A DNA stretch of 64,000 bases from an uncultured delta proteobacterium (lineage in GTDB: Bacteria; Myxococcota_A; Polyangia; Palsa-1104), in NCBI GenBank assembly GCA_963785725.1, contig CAWAWS010000003.1, positions 160,001-224,000 on the forward strand, given 5' to 3'. A program made the translations under genes and the position numbers. The number at the start of each line of letters is the position of its first letter. Positions within the stretch are counted from its first letter, which is position 1. Positions 61,810-64,000 of this stretch are shown here, piece by piece. The notes beneath the pieces were generated by a model. It did not search any database, was not told the origin of the DNA, and worked only from the letters and a program-made list of their open reading frames with translations.

Positions 61810-62892
61810 ATGAAGCTTTATCGCGGAGCACTGTGGTTGGCGCTGCTGGCGGGAGGCTGCGATGCCGCGCTTTGTCGCGCCAAGACGCTCTATTTGACCG
61901 TCGATTATGCCGGCGGCGCCGCGTCGGCCGATGCGCTCGCCGTCGACGTCACCGTCGGCGGCATCGAGGCGCACTTCCTGCGACCGCGAACGCCGGGCCG
62001 CACGCGCGATACGCTCGAGGTCGACTTCTCGGCCTATCCGGCGCAGGCGACGGTGTTGGTGGCGGCGACGGCGATGAGCGGCGCGCAGTCGCTCGGCAGC
62101 GGGCAGACGACGGGCACGCTGGCGCCGAGCTGCACGGCGCTCGCGCTGACCTTATCGGCGGTCGCCGGCAGCGACGGCGGCGCGACGACGGGCGACGGCG
62201 ATACGACCGGTGATTTGAGCGCGCCGTTGAACATGACCGATTTGGCGTGGACGTCGGCGTCGTCGGATTTGGCCGGCGTCGACTTGGCGTCGACCGACAT
62301 GGCGACGTCGATCCCGGTCATCTCGTTCACCGGCGAGACCGACACCGAGCTGCACCCGAACGGCTCGAGCGGCACGCTGCCGTTCGATACGCACTGCACG
62401 GCGGGACAGGCCATCGTCGGCTTCGCCTTCGCCGTGTCGACGAGCAACGGCGTCACGACGGGCATCAACCGCGCCGACGCGCTCTGCGTGCAGCCGCTGT
62501 TGACGGCGAAAGCGGGCGGCGGCTTCACGGTGGCGTGGGATCCGAACCACGCGTCGCAGATTCCCGGCCTCGGCACCAGCGATCCGGTGACCATCCAGTA
62601 CTTGTGTCAGATGCCGAGCTTCCTCGTCGGCTTCGCCGGCCGCGCGACCGCGACGGCGCTCGAGGACATCGTCTACAGCTGCGCGCCCATCGAGGTCGCC
62701 GCCGACGACTCGGTCAGCTTGGGGACGACCGTCGACGGCACGAGCGGCGTCGGCAGCACGACCAACGGCACGGCGTTCGGCCCCGTCTATTGCCCGGCCG
62801 GACAGGTCGCGACGTCGGTCCTGTCCAGCGGGCAAACGGGCAGCCCGCCCGTCTCGTTCGGCTTCGGCTGCTCGGCGATGTCTGCGCACTGA
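61810..62892 (+). CDS. Hypothetical lipoprotein with D[LM]x repeat linker and Cys-containing beta-prism-like C-terminal domain
   Basis: AGGC lipobox; three C..G/P...VG[FS]-type repeats. Confidence 0.8.
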   Translation: MKLYRGALWLALLAGGCDAALCRAKTLYLTVDYAGGAASADALAVDVTVGGIEAHFLRPRTPGRTRDTLEVDFSAYPAQATVLVAATAMSGAQSLGSGQTTGTLAPSCTALALTLSAVAGSDGGATTGDGDTTGDLSAPLNMTDLAWTSASSDLAGVDLASTDMATSIPVISFTGETDTELHPNGSSGTLPFDTHCTAGQAIVGFAFAVSTSNGVTTGINRADALCVQPLLTAKAGGGFTVAWDPNHASQIPGLGTSDPVTIQYLCQMPSFLVGFAGRATATALEDIVYSCAPIEVAADDSVSLGTTVDGTSGVGSTTNGTAFGPVYCPAGQVATSVLSSGQTGSPPVSFGFGCSAMSAH

Positions 62893-62928
62893 TGGAAGCG
62901 AAGCGGATCGCGAGGTGAGCGCGGTCCA

Positions 62929-64000
62929 CTAAAGGTCGGGCTGATATCGCAAAATCGTTCCTTCGGCTCCGCCCACCCAGACGTTCCTTCCGTGGCAATA
63001 GACGCTCTGAAGATCGTTGGTCGTGGGCGCAGGACGGATCCGTTCACTCATCGCGCCGTGATGGCGGATCAGAGCTGCCGATTTCGTCGACCGTCCAGAC
63101 GTCGCCTGCTTCGTCGGTGCACAGGCCCTGCAATTTGAGCTTGATGTCTTCGGTGGAGCTCCAATGGGCGCCGTCCCAGTGCAGTAGCGCTCGATCGCCC
63201 GCGATCCAGACGTCATTGGCCGCGGTGCCGGTGATTGCTGACAGGTCACGTGCAACGTCGAGCGTGAACGGTCGCCAGGACCGGCCATCCCAATGGAAGA
63301 GGGCTCCGGCGTCGCCCACGAGCCAGATGTCGTCGGCGTTGTCGCCCCAGAATGCCGACAGGGTCTGTCTTACGTCGAGCTCGACGCGCGACCACGTGCC
63401 ATTGTGGCGACGCATCAGCAATCCTTGCTCTCCGGCCACCCACAGATCGTTACTCGTGCCCCAGATGGCTGCCAGTCTCACCTTCGTTTCGACAGATAAG
63501 GATTCCCAGCCGACACCATCCCAATGAAGGATGATTCCCTCGGTACCGCAGACCCACGTGTCGACGCCATTCGAATGAATGCCGAATAACGGCGTGTCGC
63601 TTGCGATCGACGTCTGCCAACGCCCGTTCTCCGAGCGCAAAACGAGGTCGTGCCCTTTGGGTAGTTTTTCGTCGCTCCAGCCGCGGGCGAGCGCCCACGC
63701 AGCCTCGGTCGCTCCGGTGATGGCCAGTATCTGCGGCCGCAGCGGCTGACCCCATTCGCTCCAGCGCGTGCCATCCCAATGAAGTATCGCGTCTCCTACG
63801 GCCCAGACATCGTTGCTCGTCGAGCCCCAGACAGCGCTCGAGGCGTGCGGCCGCCACGGCTGTCCGTAGGCGGTCCATCGATGTCCATCCCAGCGCCGAG
63901 GGCTGCAATCGTCGCCGACGAGCCATACGTCCGAAGCAGTGGCGGCCCAGGCGGCCCTGTAGGTCGCGGGCCGAAGCCCTTCTGCGCTGACGCGTCGAAG
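62929..64000 (-). CDS. Beta-propeller repeat protein (WG...DVW.VG..G.ILHWDG), 5' end outside window; apparent +1 frameshift near 63076
   Basis: The frame is open from 64000 to 63044. The last repeat (LQSVYC..RNVWVGGAEGTILRY) lies in the adjacent frame and ends at 62929. Confidence 0.82.

Overview
GC-rich bacterial chromosome window, very likely from a Myxococcota (Polyangia-like) genome. Markers are an MXAN_5808-family S41 protease, an AgmX/PglI/GltG-type TonB-C protein, a TraB-like OmpA/TSP3 protein and a MYXO-CTERM-like tail. It holds about 47 genes: a SahR/SamR-type regulator-metH operon, two TetR modules, an ECF sigma/anti-sigma/beta-lactamase-like operon, a TPR/FG-GAP pair, a serpin, several proteases and about 17 predicted lipoproteins. 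I saw no rRNA, tRNA, CRISPR array, transposase or phage gene. The most striking unexplained signal is non-coding: a five-hairpin element present twice (15686-15810 and 33647-33811). The copies have divergent stems with compensatory changes but conserved loops and linkers, and each directly follows the stop codon of a lipoprotein gene in the same orientation. A second, unrelated ACTGAAG-based palindromic repeat occurs twice between convergent genes. Other notable items are a CBM56-like/di-heme (DUF1111) fusion, a G1-like glutamic peptidase-ricin fusion, an atypical subtilase, remnants of trpS and a GH5 gene, and five apparent +1 frameshifts that look like long-read errors. All family assignments come from motif recognition by eye; no searches were run.
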